Source: Strigamia acuminata (taxonomy: Eukaryota). From it: DNA of 64,000 nucleotides. The notes beneath the pieces were generated by a model. It was not told the DNA's origin, made no database searches, and saw only the letters and a list, made by a program, of their open reading frames with translations. The translations under genes were made by a program, and so were the position numbers. The stretch spans positions 24,676,001 to 24,740,000 of the forward strand of contig OX442314.1 in NCBI GenBank assembly GCA_949358305.1. Direction: 5' to 3'. Of this stretch, positions 48,723 through 62,742 are shown one piece after another. Numbering within the stretch: the first letter of the stretch is position 1; each line of letters opens with the position of its first letter.

Positions 48723-50089
48723 TTACGTCTTGGAAGGTTAAACGACAATGCAAGACAAATTTCTGTAACGCATGTTTAAAACTACTTCCAGATGTTGTAA
48801 AATACACTAATTTTCATAAAGAAGCACAATAAAGCATGTTGTTTCCTAGTAGACACAAATCTCTGAACATTTTATTCTACACTCTTGGTCAAACAATGAA
48901 AAAACGAAACTGAATCGAGTGTATCTAAATGTGTCATATTGTCATTCCACAAATTGACACCGAGTTTCTGACATTATTCATCTCAATTATCACGCTACAA
49001 ATGTATACACCCATTCATAATTTACACTACACCATATACAGAGAAAGCACTCTAAATCGGCGATCATTTTTGAAGTTGAATCTAGACAACAAATAATTAA
49101 ACATTTATTTCAGGCTTGACGACTAATTTCCTGGATGGATTTCTATTTGTATTTTAACTCGACACGGTCATCATGGCCCCAAAGGGAGAATTCCTGTCAC
49201 CAGTAATTAAGCCTTGCAAGGAGCGTTTGGGAGACGACTCTCTGACGACCTAACCTTGCATTTGCACTGACAAATAGGAAAATCACAGAAAAACCAGAGG
49301 CCGCTTGCTGGTATTGGACAAGGATGAAAAGCAACTTGAATTCCCAATAGGTCACCAAACCACTGACCAGGATTAAAATTTAACTACAAAAAATATTGCA
49401 AATATTTGTACTTGAGATCAAAAATTAAATTTCCCATGTGAGTTACTGCGATACTCGTCAATAAAATCAATCTAGTGAGTATTTTATAGCAAAACCACGC
49501 TAGACTGCAAAGTTACACACTCGTGTTGAATGTTTTTCTCGATCCGATTACCAACTAAGCCTCTTGTTTTAATTCTTTACCCAGTTTAACCCGCATTAAC
49601 CTCGAAACAGTTTTAAATCTAATCAAACGTCTGCACCTTTCACTGCGAATTTAATGTCGTTTGTGTAAACCCCATCAATTGGATTTAAGCCTAAATTTGA
49701 ATTTAAAAAAGTAGAATTGGATTGGATTTAATAAACTTTAGGATTAAGTGGATAATGAAATCATTAAGGTTTTCCAGAATTTTTGATCCCAATAATAATT
49801 AGATCCTACCAACTTGTGGCAAAACATGTAATCCCAGACGTTCATAAAAGATCGCGTTCATCTCAGGTTAACTTTAGATTTTTTAAACCCTAGGTTAAAG
49901 CCATTGAACCTAATTATATTTTTCCACAACATGTGCTAATAATCACATTCTAAAATATTATTTTTTTAATAGTAACGTACTTTGACAGCTAATGTAATGC
50001 AAAAATACCATAAATTGTAGCCAAGGCTTAGATTGTAGCCCCTACCTAGATTGAAGCGCAGTAATAGTAATCGCTGTATTTAAACAAGT

Positions 50090-50445
50090 AAATATCTGTA
50101 ATGCATGAAAGCATTACATCTTAGACTTCTAAACCCCTGTCCGTCTGTCCGTTTGTCCCTTAAAGAACAAAATATATAAAAAATAAAAATAATAAAAAAA
50201 AAACGTCATTTCCGGTTCCGGTTTGTAAAAAAGTGTAATAACCAGTTTTTTAATTAAACCGGAGGTCGGAAAAATACGAAAATACCTTAGGAACCTAATG
50301 CTGAGTTCATTGCAATTGCCCGTTTGGCTCTAGCTGCTTTCGTTTGGAAGGAATCGTTGCAGACAGACGGACGAACGGACGGACGGACGGACAGAACCGA
50401 ACCGTTTTATTAAACTTTCTAAACATTAGGTTTAGAAGTCTAAAA
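50090..50445 (-). mobile_element. DINE-1-like / Helentron-associated interspersed element (HINE)
   Basis: 15-bp subTIR TTAGACTTCTAAACC (50121-50135 / 50429-50443), (GTCC/GTCT)n microsatellite, terminal hairpin TGTAATGC-ATGAAA-GCATTACA (50097-50118), T-rich ends, no TSD. Confidence 0.75.
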
Positions 50446-50517
50446 CGAAGGCGCATTCATAGTCATTTAAACTTGTTCGTAACTTTTAAACCAGTCAAAT
50501 GTAAGTCTAGTGTCCTA

Positions 50518-50944
50518 AGGTAGGTTCACACTTATGTTCAGACTAGATGCAACGCAAGAAAACTGACGCAACACAAGCTGTTTGCGTCCAAAAATTCTTG
50601 ATGTTGACGCCAATTCCTGCTTCAACTCCAAGTTGATGTAAGTGACGCAACGCAAGTAAAGGTCTTGAAGCCAACGATCGACTCCAACTCTCGTCATTTC
50701 ACGTCTAGTTGGTGAGACTTTGCCTCGTGCAAACAGACTGGCATTTTCGAATTCTGGAACTGGTTCTAGAACTAAATCCAATTCCAGGTTTCATTGAAAC
50801 CATCTGATTGGCCAGACGCAACATCAATTGTTTCAGCTCTGTTCACACATGCCCTACAGTGTGAACAGAATCTGCATTGCATTTGACTAATTTTTCCTTG
50901 CCTTGTGTTGTGCGTCTAGTGTGAACACAAGTGTGAACCTAGCT
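50518..50944. mobile_element. PIF/Harbinger-type MITE
   Basis: TIR core TAGGTTCACACTT/AAGTGTGAACCTA; related fragment at ~40600-40780. Confidence 0.65.
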
Positions 50945-51895
50945 TTGGAATGGAAAAAATACTGTACTTACCAATAGACCTACGGAAAAAACAGCTCAGG
51001 TGATCCAAAACATCATTATAACATTGTTAATTTGTAGTTTTCTTTTTGTGGGCGGAGCCAAACTGCATTATGTCATAATTTTACAATGGTCTATTGAGCT
51101 CATTGAAAGCACAACAGGGCCCAATCATTATTTTTATTCAGGCTCATAGTTTGGAGGCCAACTTATCGAAGGTTCATCACCGGTGAATTCCTTATCCCTA
51201 TCTATCTTTTGGCTGAGTGCTAAGAGGAAAGATACTGTACGGTGAATTGGGTTTCTTTACTGACTTGTAGCTTTGTCTTGAGACAGAATTATACGTTGTA
51301 CGAGTATACACACATCATAGATGCGTACAAAGATACTTTTCTATCATAAACTTCTATGATGAAACCTCGAAATTACTTGTATTTTTCATAGAATAGATGC
51401 TCTTAATGTGAATAAACAAAGTTTTAAGTGAATGCTGTTTATTTGTGCCATTTTTTACATGTTTAATGACTTGCGTAACAAACAAAACAACCATTCCAAG
51501 CTTGGGTTAATTAACTTAGCCCTAGAGGGACAGCTAAATGTGATGGAGGATAGACAGAAAACAAGCAATAGATATATTTTTCAATTTATATTTCTTAAAA
51601 CTCAAATAAATTTAATCTCGTGTATCGCGAAAAATAAAAATGGGAATACCTTGCACATCTTTCTTACCCTGTAGCACTGCGCAAGAGCATTAAAGTCTTC
51701 ATTTCGATAACAACCAAGGGAGATTTTTAAAAATTCTTGATCGAGTGTAATGTTGGCATCCAGATAAAAATAACACGATATTCTAACCTAACCTAACCTG
51801 TCTAACCCATCCTGACGTATCCTAAGTGTATGACTAAACAGTTTGTGTCTGAAATAATTTCCTAGCAAAAAATTAGCAAAAATATTTGAAATAAC

Positions 51896-52072
51896 CAGGG
51901 CCGTCTTTACACTTTTCAGCGCCCTGGGCTAATAAAACTCAGGCGCCCCTTGCCCAGCACTTTTCTGTGCCCGGTGCCCTTCTGTGCCCATCCAGCCCCT
52001 GTGCCCGGCGCCCCCCTGCGCCCGGCGCCCCTGGGCTGCAGCCCAGTTAGCACAATGATAAAGGTGGGCCTG
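51896..52072. mobile_element. hAT (Tip100-like) GC-rich MITE
   Basis: CAGGGCC...GGGCCTG ends; perfect 8-bp TSD GAAATAAC; GCGCCC subterminal repeats. Confidence 0.85.
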
Positions 52073-53305
52073 GAAATAACCCATATGGTTGAAAAATACA
52101 TTAAAATTATATTGCAATGTATTTTAAAATGCATTTTCTTGAATTGTATTATGAAATAAATTATTTAATGTACAAATAATAATTCCGCAAAATGCTACAT
52201 TTTTGACTGCAATATATTGAAAAATATATTTTTGAGCCATGAAAGAAGCATTTTTCTAGCTTAACAAAATTCTAGTTAGCAGCAGTGGCAATTAGCTAAA
52301 TGCAAATTAAGCAAAACTTTAGCAGAGCTAATTTTTTTGATTAGCGGGTCCAACACTGTGGCATAAAATCGTACAAATGATTGGTACAGGTCATTTTTAA
52401 AGAAACTTTCATCTCATCCATTTGCTGCTGCCCATTGCAACCTTTCAGCCGTTGAAGATACATCTTATTCATAGCTTGTTTTCTTTGTATTGTGATGAAG
52501 CCATCACAAGCACTGTAGGGTTAAACGAGTCAACACATTTGCATTCTGAGAAACGAGCAGAAGGGAATAAAATGTTCAGTTATCCACATGATTTGACATA
52601 AAAGGGTTACAAAAAGCCTTTTTCAAGTCGCTTCCTCAAAGCAAGTTAGAAGGAAAAAAAACTCGCACGCGTGGAAACGACACCAGGTGGCCACCGTCAA
52701 AACTCGATACTCAAAACCACGATGCACCGTTTGATTTATTATTAATACACATCTCTATAGCTTCCTTTTGAGCACAAAGAATTGAAATAAGAAATATTTT
52801 TTAAAAGAAAAAAAAATTTTCTTATTTTTATTTCATCTTGCAGAAAAATTCGGCAAAATCTTGACATAGTGAAGTGAGAAAAAGAACTTTTTCTTTCCTG
52901 TCACAGTGAAGCGCGAAAAGAAGTCCTTTTTCTTTCTTCTTTTCTTTCTTTTTCGATGGCAGACAGAGTGCCTGCCAACGGTTATGTTTACATTTCTCTT
53001 GGTGTCGGTCGCATGACTCGGCACTAACATGCCAGAAGATTTCTGCAAAAAGATGGGAACTTTCCAATACTTTGATGGTGTTGGATAAATCCCTTTTTCC
53101 ATTTTTTTTCTTTAAATAAATAATAAATAATAGTAACAAAAGATATTACCGCCGCCATTTTCGAATTTTAATTCAGATTTGAGTGCGTCATGTTATCAGT
53201 TATAACAACTGTGTAAAAGTTTGAGAACCATTTAAAAAGTGTGGAAATCTACTTAAAAGGAGTAGGATTTTATATTAGAATGGATTTTAATTGAAATGTA
53301 CTCAC

Positions 53306-53638
53306 CGATCTCGGGTATTTGATGAATTTATGCCTTGTCACTGTCATTGTCACGTTGCCCGTCGTCCCGTGCAGGAATTCAGTTGTCGTTGTCTATGGCA
53401 GAGTGCGGCGTGGCATGCTAACCACTATTTTCAAACCCTATACAATTTTTAAATTAAATTCCATCATCTTTACAATCATTTATCAGTATTATAACTTACC
53501 TCGGACGTCTCGGAGTTTCGTCTTTACAATATCATCCACAATCACTCCTGTCATCTTTCGGTAGAAACCCACACTAATTATTTTGATTCATTCTCGAAGG
53601 ATGGCGCCACTTCACTTACTTCTTCACTGCTCAACTGG
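53306..53638 (-). other. Putative first two exons of a minus-strand transcript (53500-~53638 and 53306-53437)
   Basis: Inr-like CCAGTT, donor AG|GTAAGT, 62-nt intron 53438-53499 ending TAG, donor CG|GTGAGT at 53305; possible coding start MTVTRHKFIKYPRS (53347-53306, phase 0). No downstream exon identified. Confidence 0.45.
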
Positions 53639-56600
53639 TCCCATTTTCAATCGAAATTTCCGAATATTTATTAAAAAGTTACAGTTTGTGTGTCATATTT
53701 TTTTAAAAAGAATTATTTAATCCATTCAAGACAAAAAAAAATATTTTGAATAAATAAGACGACTCGTTTATCACGAATATATGCATCTACGGAATATACA
53801 GAGCGATTTTGAGATTTCGAAAACATTGATTTATAAAAATAAAGTCAACCTATACTCAATCTTTTCAAGCGTTTCCTTTTACTACAGTAATCGAAGCATG
53901 TTGCGCCACTTTAAAGAGATGAAATTCAAATTCTCGTGCCCAGCGAAACGAAAAGATCGCGCTGTCCAAAAGGGGGGAAGAAATGGATTGGATTTTGTGT
54001 GGGCATGACTTATTGTCCTTCTCCTTATTGAATCCACAATGAAACAACTATTTTTCTTGCAGCTCCGAACTAAACACAAAAAGAAATCATCCGCTCAGTA
54101 GAAAGGAAATACATCATTTCCCTCACAATCACAATACAAAGAAATCAACGCGATAAATAAAATGGAAAAACACTGATCGCTTTTCCTTCTCTTTAATTGT
54201 TTAAAGTTCGACGAGGACAAGACAACATTTTGCAATTTAATAAAACATTCATTCCCAAACAGCCTGGATTTGGCGAATGTATAATGCAGGTTGAAATCCG
54301 TTATACTGTGTCACTGTCAACTATAGGTGACAGCACACTTTTCCATTTCTCCATTATTCACAAGTTGTGAGTGCACAAACTATGTGGTCAAAGATACAAA
54401 AATGTGAAAGGATTTCATGCAACACGAAATTGAGGATTCTTCAACTATATTTTTATTTTTTTTATTTTTTTTTATTTTTTATTTTTTTTTTATACTCTTT
54501 GGAGAAGAAAACATATTCGATTCGGGTGAGCAAAGGGATTTTTCTCGTTTGCTGTCTTTTGATTTATCTTTGTGCAACATGCTCGAAATGTTTTGTGTTC
54601 ACGTTCACCCCGACCAATGAATAAATTTCACCTCCAATGCAATGCAAATGCTCGAATGGATTATTTCCCGCTTTTCTCTTTAATACTCCGCTGCATTCTT
54701 GATGGGTAAACAACTCCTCGTCAAAACAAATAAAATTTCATAACAAAAAAAAAAAAAAAAACTAAAGAAGAAACTATGTCAATTTAAACATTTGAACAAA
54801 ATAGAAAAATCATAATTGAATAGTTAAGGAGCATAAATATTAGAGTAATGGTTATGATGATGGCACAAAGTGAAGATAAAAATCGAAACATGCGGCGTAG
54901 ATAAATTTCAACGAAGGTGTTGTTGACAAAACTAAAATATTGATTTATATATATATATATTTTTTGTTAATTTCTTATTTGATTGCTTTTATTATAATCA
55001 TTCTTCCGATTTGTCCAAAAAGAAAAAAAAATTTTGTTTACAAAATTAAAAGTAAAAATGCAAATCCTATGTGGTTAAAGTGTACTATTTCATTAATTAA
55101 ATCATCCCGGGTCCAATTTAGGGTTTGCCTTTTAGCCAGAAAATCAAGAGTATTCTAGCTTTGTTCAATATGTTTATCTTTTGCCTCTAGAGCTTTGGTG
55201 CACTTCACAGCACATAGAATTTAACTTTTCATATAAATAAGATGAAGTGACAATAGCGGAAAAATCAAATCATTCGAATCAAACGAAACCGGTTTTGACT
55301 TGCATTGAATGCATTATTTACCGTGCTCACTCGATGGATTTGTGTTTGCTTTGGGTTGAGCAAGGATTCCCTTTAATTTTGTATTTTCTAGGCCTTAATT
55401 TACATTTTTATTTACTTTAAATCATTTGCTTATTTATTTATACCTTGGACTAATAATAACAATAATAATAATAATAATAGAGTTCACATTTCGTTTGTCA
55501 ATGTTGCAGCGAAGCCCTTCGTGTTGCAGTGAAGCCCATCATGTTATTTCTCTAGTTGTTTTCGACGGAAAGTTAAATGTAATTTGTGTTCATTTATAAA
55601 TTCTTTAAAAAAAAAATTAAAAAAAGAAAGAAAGAAAGAATAAGTAGAAAAAAAAAATTAAGATTGCTTTATTTATTTATAAAGCTGTAAGTCCTAATTA
55701 GAGGTACTTTCTTCAATACATATAATGTATTGAAAAATTATTCTTAAGACGCTTACACTTAATTAAACCGGAAGAGCAATCAAATAAGACGCTATCAAGT
55801 ATCAACATAAAAAAAAGCTTACGAGCGACAAACATAATCAAACGTCAAAACATAAATCCAGTTTGAGATGATGGTAATATTTTTTTTTAAATTTAAAAAT
55901 CAATATTTTTACGTTCGTCAAATCCAAATGTGTTCTCCATCCAACTTTTAGTCAGATAACTCGCATCAAATTTCTTCCATTGCGAATAAATAAATATATT
56001 AACCAATTTAAGCATTTATTTTACAAAAATTCTGCTAGCACGTTTATTAATAACAAGCGGCTGAAGAACGATATTAAAATGCTGGAAAAAATTTTTAAAA
56101 AATAGATATTCTGAAATAATTAAGATTAGAATTTCAATTTCAATAAATATATACACATATGGAGCAATTTCCCACAGTTAATACACTTTTTCCAATGGAT
56201 TTATTGGTATTTTCCGCTCGTTTTAATTCAATATTCTTCTTGTTGAGCATAATTTAGTATAATAAGCTCAGATTTGAATTTCTTCTACACATTTGTCTTC
56301 TATATATCACATATCCTTCATTCATTCAGTATTGATGTAACGTAATAAAAGAATAGCTCCGTAAAACCATCTTCGCTTTATTGCCTGAAATGATATTTGG
56401 AAAGAAAAATTACCGGTTTCAGTTTAGAGAAAGAGAAAAATCATAAAAAAAATGATAATGCTTCAATTTGTGGCAGATAACTTTTTCCCATGTTACATTT
56501 ACCACTTCGTGAGATGGTGGGACAATTTGTGGCATCCCAAACCGAGTTTCATCATCGTCACCGTTTTTCCACCAGTCCTATTCTTTCTTTTTATACTCTC

Positions 56601-59600
56601 TTCTCTTCAAACATACCTTTTTGGTATTCGGTAGGCAGAACGCAAAGTGACCCTTGGGACAAGATCCTCACGAGATTCAACCACATTTACAAATTGTACA
56701 GCTGTGGGTTCCACGAATGAATACAAAAAATACCTTTTTTGTAAAAAAAAAAAAAAAAAAAAAAATTGTCACGTCTTCTAAATACCATTCTTCGGAAATT
56801 GTCAACCCATTTACACATTGAACGGGAGAAAAGAATTGTAATTTAATTTGTTTACGTGCTTACCCGTCTCTAGAGGATGATTCAAACGCGATTGCACATC
56901 CATCAGTAATTTGACAGGGGGGTCGTGACTCGGAAAGAAGCAAAAAGGCACTGCAACGGGTCGTCTTTAAGGTGCCATCAAAAGTAGAATTACGAGTGAA
57001 TTCCGAAACCGAGCAGTCGAGAACATTTTTTCCAAACTGTAAATTTTTACGATCAAGTCGAAAGGAAAGTGAAGCGATGAGTGAGAAAAAATATATGAAA
57101 CCGATAATAGTTAAAGTGCAAAGTCTCGGCACACAAAATTACACGCCAATTCGGCGAGTTCAAATCGGACAATTTACAGAGCTCTGAATTAATTATGCCG
57201 TAACCAGAACTATCCGCGTTTAAAGCGAAATGGAATCCGTGCAATAAATTTCGCCAATAAAATCGTTATGTCGAAAGCTGTTTCGTTTCTCATCACACGT
57301 GGCTGCTATTTGACATCAATAAACGCTCTTGTTTAAGACTTCGTCAATAACTTGACGCTTAATTTGACTCGCGCATCCCCAAATGCAAATCTGCAATCGC
57401 TTTACATGAAGTCAGCCATTCATTTTTGCTACAAAAAAAAAATAAATAAATAAAATTTCGATTTTTTTTTCAGTTAATGTTGAAACGGAAAAGATTTTCA
57501 TTCAATAGGGGTTTAATTTAGATACACACGTTTTTAAAAAACGTCTAGACATGTAATAGAAAATGCAAATCTTCAAAGTTTAATTTCGTGGAACGTTGAA
57601 AAGTTTCATTTTTATGTCTTAAACTCAGTTGTTTAATTAACGACATTAAACCTTTGAGATATAAATTGTTGCCGGTTTATATTGCAATATAAATTGATAT
57701 ACAAGGTATCCATTTGAAATGAAGTACAATGTAATTAAAATTAAAGATCATGTGATGTTTGTTCTCCTTAATTTACAGGTGAACAAACATTTTACCTGAG
57801 AAAATTAAAAAAAAATCTTTTTAATTTAGTGAGATTTCTTCTTTTTTTTTTAAATTTTTATTTTCCAGAAAATCAATTCAAAGGGAAAATTTAATTTCAA
57901 TTTTTTTTTCTTTATTGCAAACTCATTTTTTAATTTCATTTTATAATTCTGATTAATGATTTCCGAAAAACCAGGTGTAAAATAAAGTACATTAACGCAC
58001 ATAACTGATAAATTAAAAAAAGAGAACTTTATGTATTTCAAGTAAACACATATTTGTGGAAGCAGAAATATTAATAAATATTAAATTTCCTTAAATGTCA
58101 GTTCCTTTGAGGATTAAACAGGAGATATTAATGAATGTTCCTGTTGTTGTCGCAGCCTCTACCGAAGAAATTCAAGCCGAAGAAAATGTAACCAAAACAA
58201 ATTAGTCAAATGAGCAAAAGCAGAATAACAGCAAACGCAGTAATACCTGAATATCTTGGCAAAGAAACAAAAGACGTAAAAAAAAAAAAAAAAAAAAAAA
58301 CTACGAGTACTTCCAATACTGCAAACACTGGCGTCTTGTAACCGGAAGAACGAGCGAAGCGTGGAGTCCGCTTGTTCTTGTTCCAAGAATTTTGGCACTC
58401 TTATTATATATGATGTCCCTCTATACCTTTCTGTAAAAAATGGGTCTACCGCCAAGTCGATTTTATTGAATGAAAAGCTGTTCTTGCTGTTGCGTTTCAT
58501 ATTGGTACTATGTTATTTTTTTATATTGTCTGAGCTGTGGTCTTTAGAAATGGCCGGTGAAAAAAGTACGCTTGGAGGAAGCTGCGCAGAGAAGCCAGAT
58601 AACACAAGAGTTAGCTGAATACTTCATGTGTGCTCGTTTCTTTACATCTGCAATTGATTTCCTAACCTGATCGCTACTAAATTACTCTTAGAAACGATTT
58701 TTGCTATTGTTTGTTAAGATAATAAGAAAAAGTGCACGAGAACCCGATTTGCTTCAGAAGTATATATATGTGTACACTCCAAAGTAAGGTTGTAGGGAGT
58801 TTAATCCAAACTTTTTCACTAGGTGCTTAAGAAAGTAAAAAAGAAACATTTGTGTGATACAAACCTTTTTAAAGCCTGTCTCTAAACTGAGAGGATCACT
58901 TGACCTGCGGCTATTAGAGGTCAGGCACTAATTGGACTCGAAGCCAATAGAATTACGGTTCGAGCTGACATGTCGAAAGAGCTAACGTCTAACGAGTGAC
59001 GGTCGCAAAAACACCTTAGAATTAAATTTGTGCTGTAATAATATAAGAAATTTGATCTTATCAATGAATCTATTTAAAATCTTGTAAAAACTCGTTTTAT
59101 AATCAAACAATGTCTTTGTTACGAACAATTTTTCGCTGGAAAACAGAATTTGTGGGTGTATTTATAATTGCGCAACACACTTTTCGGTATTTATTATTTT
59201 AGTCGATTTTAGACTGAAAGAAAATGTTATTTTTTGTGCAGAAAAGTTACATCTTGAATCAACAACATTGTTAAGTGCCATTAAAATTGTTGACCGAAAT
59301 ATTTTTAGCCTTGTGAGAGTGCACCAACATAACTTCATCATTTTCCCTTCAGGTGATCACGCCATCTATTGCGCTATTTGTTTCTACAGCAAGTGAAACT
59401 GTCTTAGCCGGTTTGTTTTCAGTTCGGATCAACGCCTTAAGCCAAGAGAAAATATTCTCGCGTTACCTCTAACTGAACCTAATGTAATTTCAAAATTATT
59501 TCCCACAATTCCACATTTTCTAAAAAACGCAAAATGCAAATCTAATAAATGTGCATAATATTAATCATATTCCATTCAATCCAAAAGTCATTAACCTAAA

Positions 59601-60647
59601 ACTGTTTTTTAAAATATCGCAGCCGTTATTACTTTTTCCTAAAATGTAAAAACAAAATTAGCATAATGATCCTGCCTTTTCAAATGATCAATCAAAGAAA
59701 AAAATTTTACAACCAATTATGTAATTCTATATACCCAAACGGAATCAGCATCAAAGCCCTTCGGATTGCTTTTCAAATTTTCTATATACACATATAATTG
59801 TAATTATCTATCGATTGAGCGGCGAATATTCACCGACTGTCACAATTTTCAATATCTCCAACGCAAAACGAGACCCAGACCACATTATCACTAAAATATC
59901 ATAATTCAATAACGATAGAATCTAAACTGTTCTTTTTTTGGCAAGAAATGCTTTTTTTTTCTTTCTTTTTTTTAGAAAAATGATAGAAATTGAATTCGAA
60001 GATTGCAAACGTATGTACGATGTATTGCGCGTATGTTTATTTCAGTTTAATCAAAGTTTTGATTTTTTTTTTACAAAAAAATAAGAAAAGCAGCAGAAAT
60101 CCAATTGAGGTCATCACGTCTTTAACCCTATGGACATCCAAGCGTTTGCACGTCTCAAAACTTATTGCCGTCATTCTGCTTTACCCCGTTGAACCTCACA
60201 ACACTCTGGAGACCTCGAGACGCAATGGCAAGATTCGCATAAATGTGTCTCTTAATTAGCTTTTTATTATTCGCAATTTCCGCTACGTTCGTTCCTATAT
60301 TTTAACCGTTACGACATCTCCATAGGCAGGGAAAATCCGGCTAATGCACCGATAATTAAAGAGAAATCGAAAATCAATCGATTGGCCGTTTTCTGCATTT
60401 GCCATTTATTTCAGTTGACAGTCGTCCCTCTCTAATCATGCTTGCTTATCAATTACAATAATATTTGATTCACTGATTACAAAAGTTGAAAAGTTAGAAC
60501 GAGTATTCGGATATTCTACACGGCTGCTCTAAAGTTAATTGCAGTGGCTCTGGTCTTCCATATTTAAAAAAAATATTTTTGTCAGTAATTATTTTTTTTA
60601 ACTCAAAAAAGCGTAATTTTCTGCTTAAATTAGCATTTATGAATCTT

Positions 60648-60908
60648 AAAATTATGGTTTTACGTCTAAAATTATGGTTTTACGTCTAAAATTACGGTTT
60701 TACGTCTAAAATTTTGGTTTTACGTCTAAAATTATGGTTTTACGTCTAAAATTATGGTTTTACGTCTAAAATTATGGTTTTACGTCTAAAATTATGGTTT
60801 TAGGTCTAAAATTATGGTTTTTACGTTTAAAATTATGGTTTTACGTCTAAAATTATGGTTTCACGTCTAAAATTGTGGTTTTACGTCTAAAATTATGGTT
60901 TTACGTCT
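60648..60908. repeat. 20-bp minisatellite, 13 copies (AAAATTATGGTTTTACGTCT)
   Basis: Near-perfect head-to-tail units with no spacers. Confidence 0.95.
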
Positions 60909-61998
60909 GAAGTTATAATTTTATGTTAAACTGAGCAGCTAAAAAGTGTACTTTTTGTAACCGGTCCCCCCGGTGTACTCCGGAATCCCAGATTGTTTGA
61001 ATCCATCCATCCGACAGTGTTTAAAGCATGTAGTAACTAAAATTACAAACAATCTCGCATCTTGCAAGCCAGTATCCAATTATCAACTAAACTGAGCAAA
61101 CCCTGCAACGTGCAACCCTGAGGTTCAATTTCCTAATCTGTTGCACACATAATTGCGATAGCAAAATCTATTGCAGCAGTATGTCTTCCCCCCCTTTTGT
61201 GAGGCTGTGCAGAATGCTCTCTTTGTTTGATACGTCTTCATGAGTTCCAATCTTGAGAAAGTATTACTATACTCTGTTTTGAAAAAAGCCTAAGACAAAC
61301 TCTGCACCTTACGACAAAACTATCTCGTGATCCGTGTGGTCTGCAGAGGGCAAATAAAAGATCTGCTAGAAATGCTCGACACTGCTTTTTATCTAGCCAC
61401 AGCCCTGCATTCCTATATTTGTCGCTTTCCAAGATATAAGACAAATAAAGGAGGTCGGAAAATGCGATAGACATATCTTTGGCGATTTTGCTGTCGCTAA
61501 GTCGCAACTGATGACACTCTTGATGGGAATGCTATTTTCTGAAAGCTATTTCGCAGTTGGAGACACATCTGAGAGGCTGCTGTAGAGGATACATCATAAA
61601 CCAATGCCAGACAATCGATGGCGCGATCAAAATAGCTTTAAGTGTGCTTGCAGTTCCGTATAAATCTTATTATTTTTTAAATTTCAGCTATTTAGCTTCG
61701 CGCCGCATTATGCCAAGCAGAATTCACGACGTCACTATAAAACAAGGCCGGAGGTGAGAAAAATCTTTATCGTAAATTGGTGAAATTCTTTAGAGTTTAA
61801 TTAATTTCCAAACATGATTCTGGATTCTTATCGAGTTTTTAAAATGTGCGAGTTTGAGTGTGACAATAAGTTGAATAAACACGCAGGTTTTTAAAGGGTT
61901 GAATAAGCAAAAACTATTTTGAATGAATTTATTCTGAATTTAAATTTAATTACTGTTTGTTCAGAATAACATTAAACCTGTTTACTTTGAAGTTCCAA

Positions 61999-62742
61999 AG
62001 ACGCATTCGAAAAGTCATCCAGTCTCGTATATCTTCTTTAAATAACTAGTCTAGACTCTTATTTTAGTTGGCCTTTTAAAGTTTGTCTAAAAGCTTTTTT
62101 AACTGCAATAAATCTGGAAAGCGTGTTTAAAAATTGATAAAAATCTTTTAGGTTTAAATGGTTAAACAACACTACCGTCGAATATAACGACACCTGACGT
62201 TGTATTCGAACTTTTTTTGTGAAACTTCTGAAAAATCAGATATTGATCATGTAATTTTGCAAAATAAATTTGATTCAAAATTTCAATTACAAAAATATCA
62301 TTAGAAGGAGTTATTTTACTATTCAAATCATATTAACTGCAAAATAGTCATCAGACGTCACTAAAGTCACTGAATCTACAGGGTTTAAAACATTGTACAC
62401 TTCCCTACTGCGCTGATTGTGGTGTAACAACACCAATGTTCCACTGATGCAGCATAAATTTCCAAGTTTCCAACACTGCCCGGCATCGCACTCGTTACTC
62501 GAATAAGTTATATTCGACATTAAAACTTCCACAAACGTCATGACGTTGTATTCGAGGGAAGACAGTAGTTCTTTATTCAGAGTTAAATCTTGAGCCAATT
62601 CTGGCTTAAAATAACGTGTTGACCACACTGCACTCACACAGTTGAACATGTTTTGTTGTCAAAACTTGGTACTAATCAAATCACAAAATTAAAATGTTGT
62701 TTAAAAATGCTGTTTAGTCTAAATGAATTTTCGAAAGCGCCT
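61999..62742. mobile_element. AGGCGCATTCG-type MITE carrying a Tigger/pogo-like insert (~62165-62565)
   Basis: AGACGCATTCGAAAAGTCAT ... ATGAATTTTCGAAAGCGCCT termini; internal inverted pair TCGAATATAACG / CGTTGTATTCGA ending in CAGTA. Confidence 0.6.

Noticed and set aside
60648..60908. CRISPR-like array
   Set aside because: No unique spacers, no cas genes, eukaryotic context.
61238..61507. ORF with SDSKIAKDMS, faintly transposase-like
   Set aside because: Similarity is too short; no catalytic motifs or TIRs.
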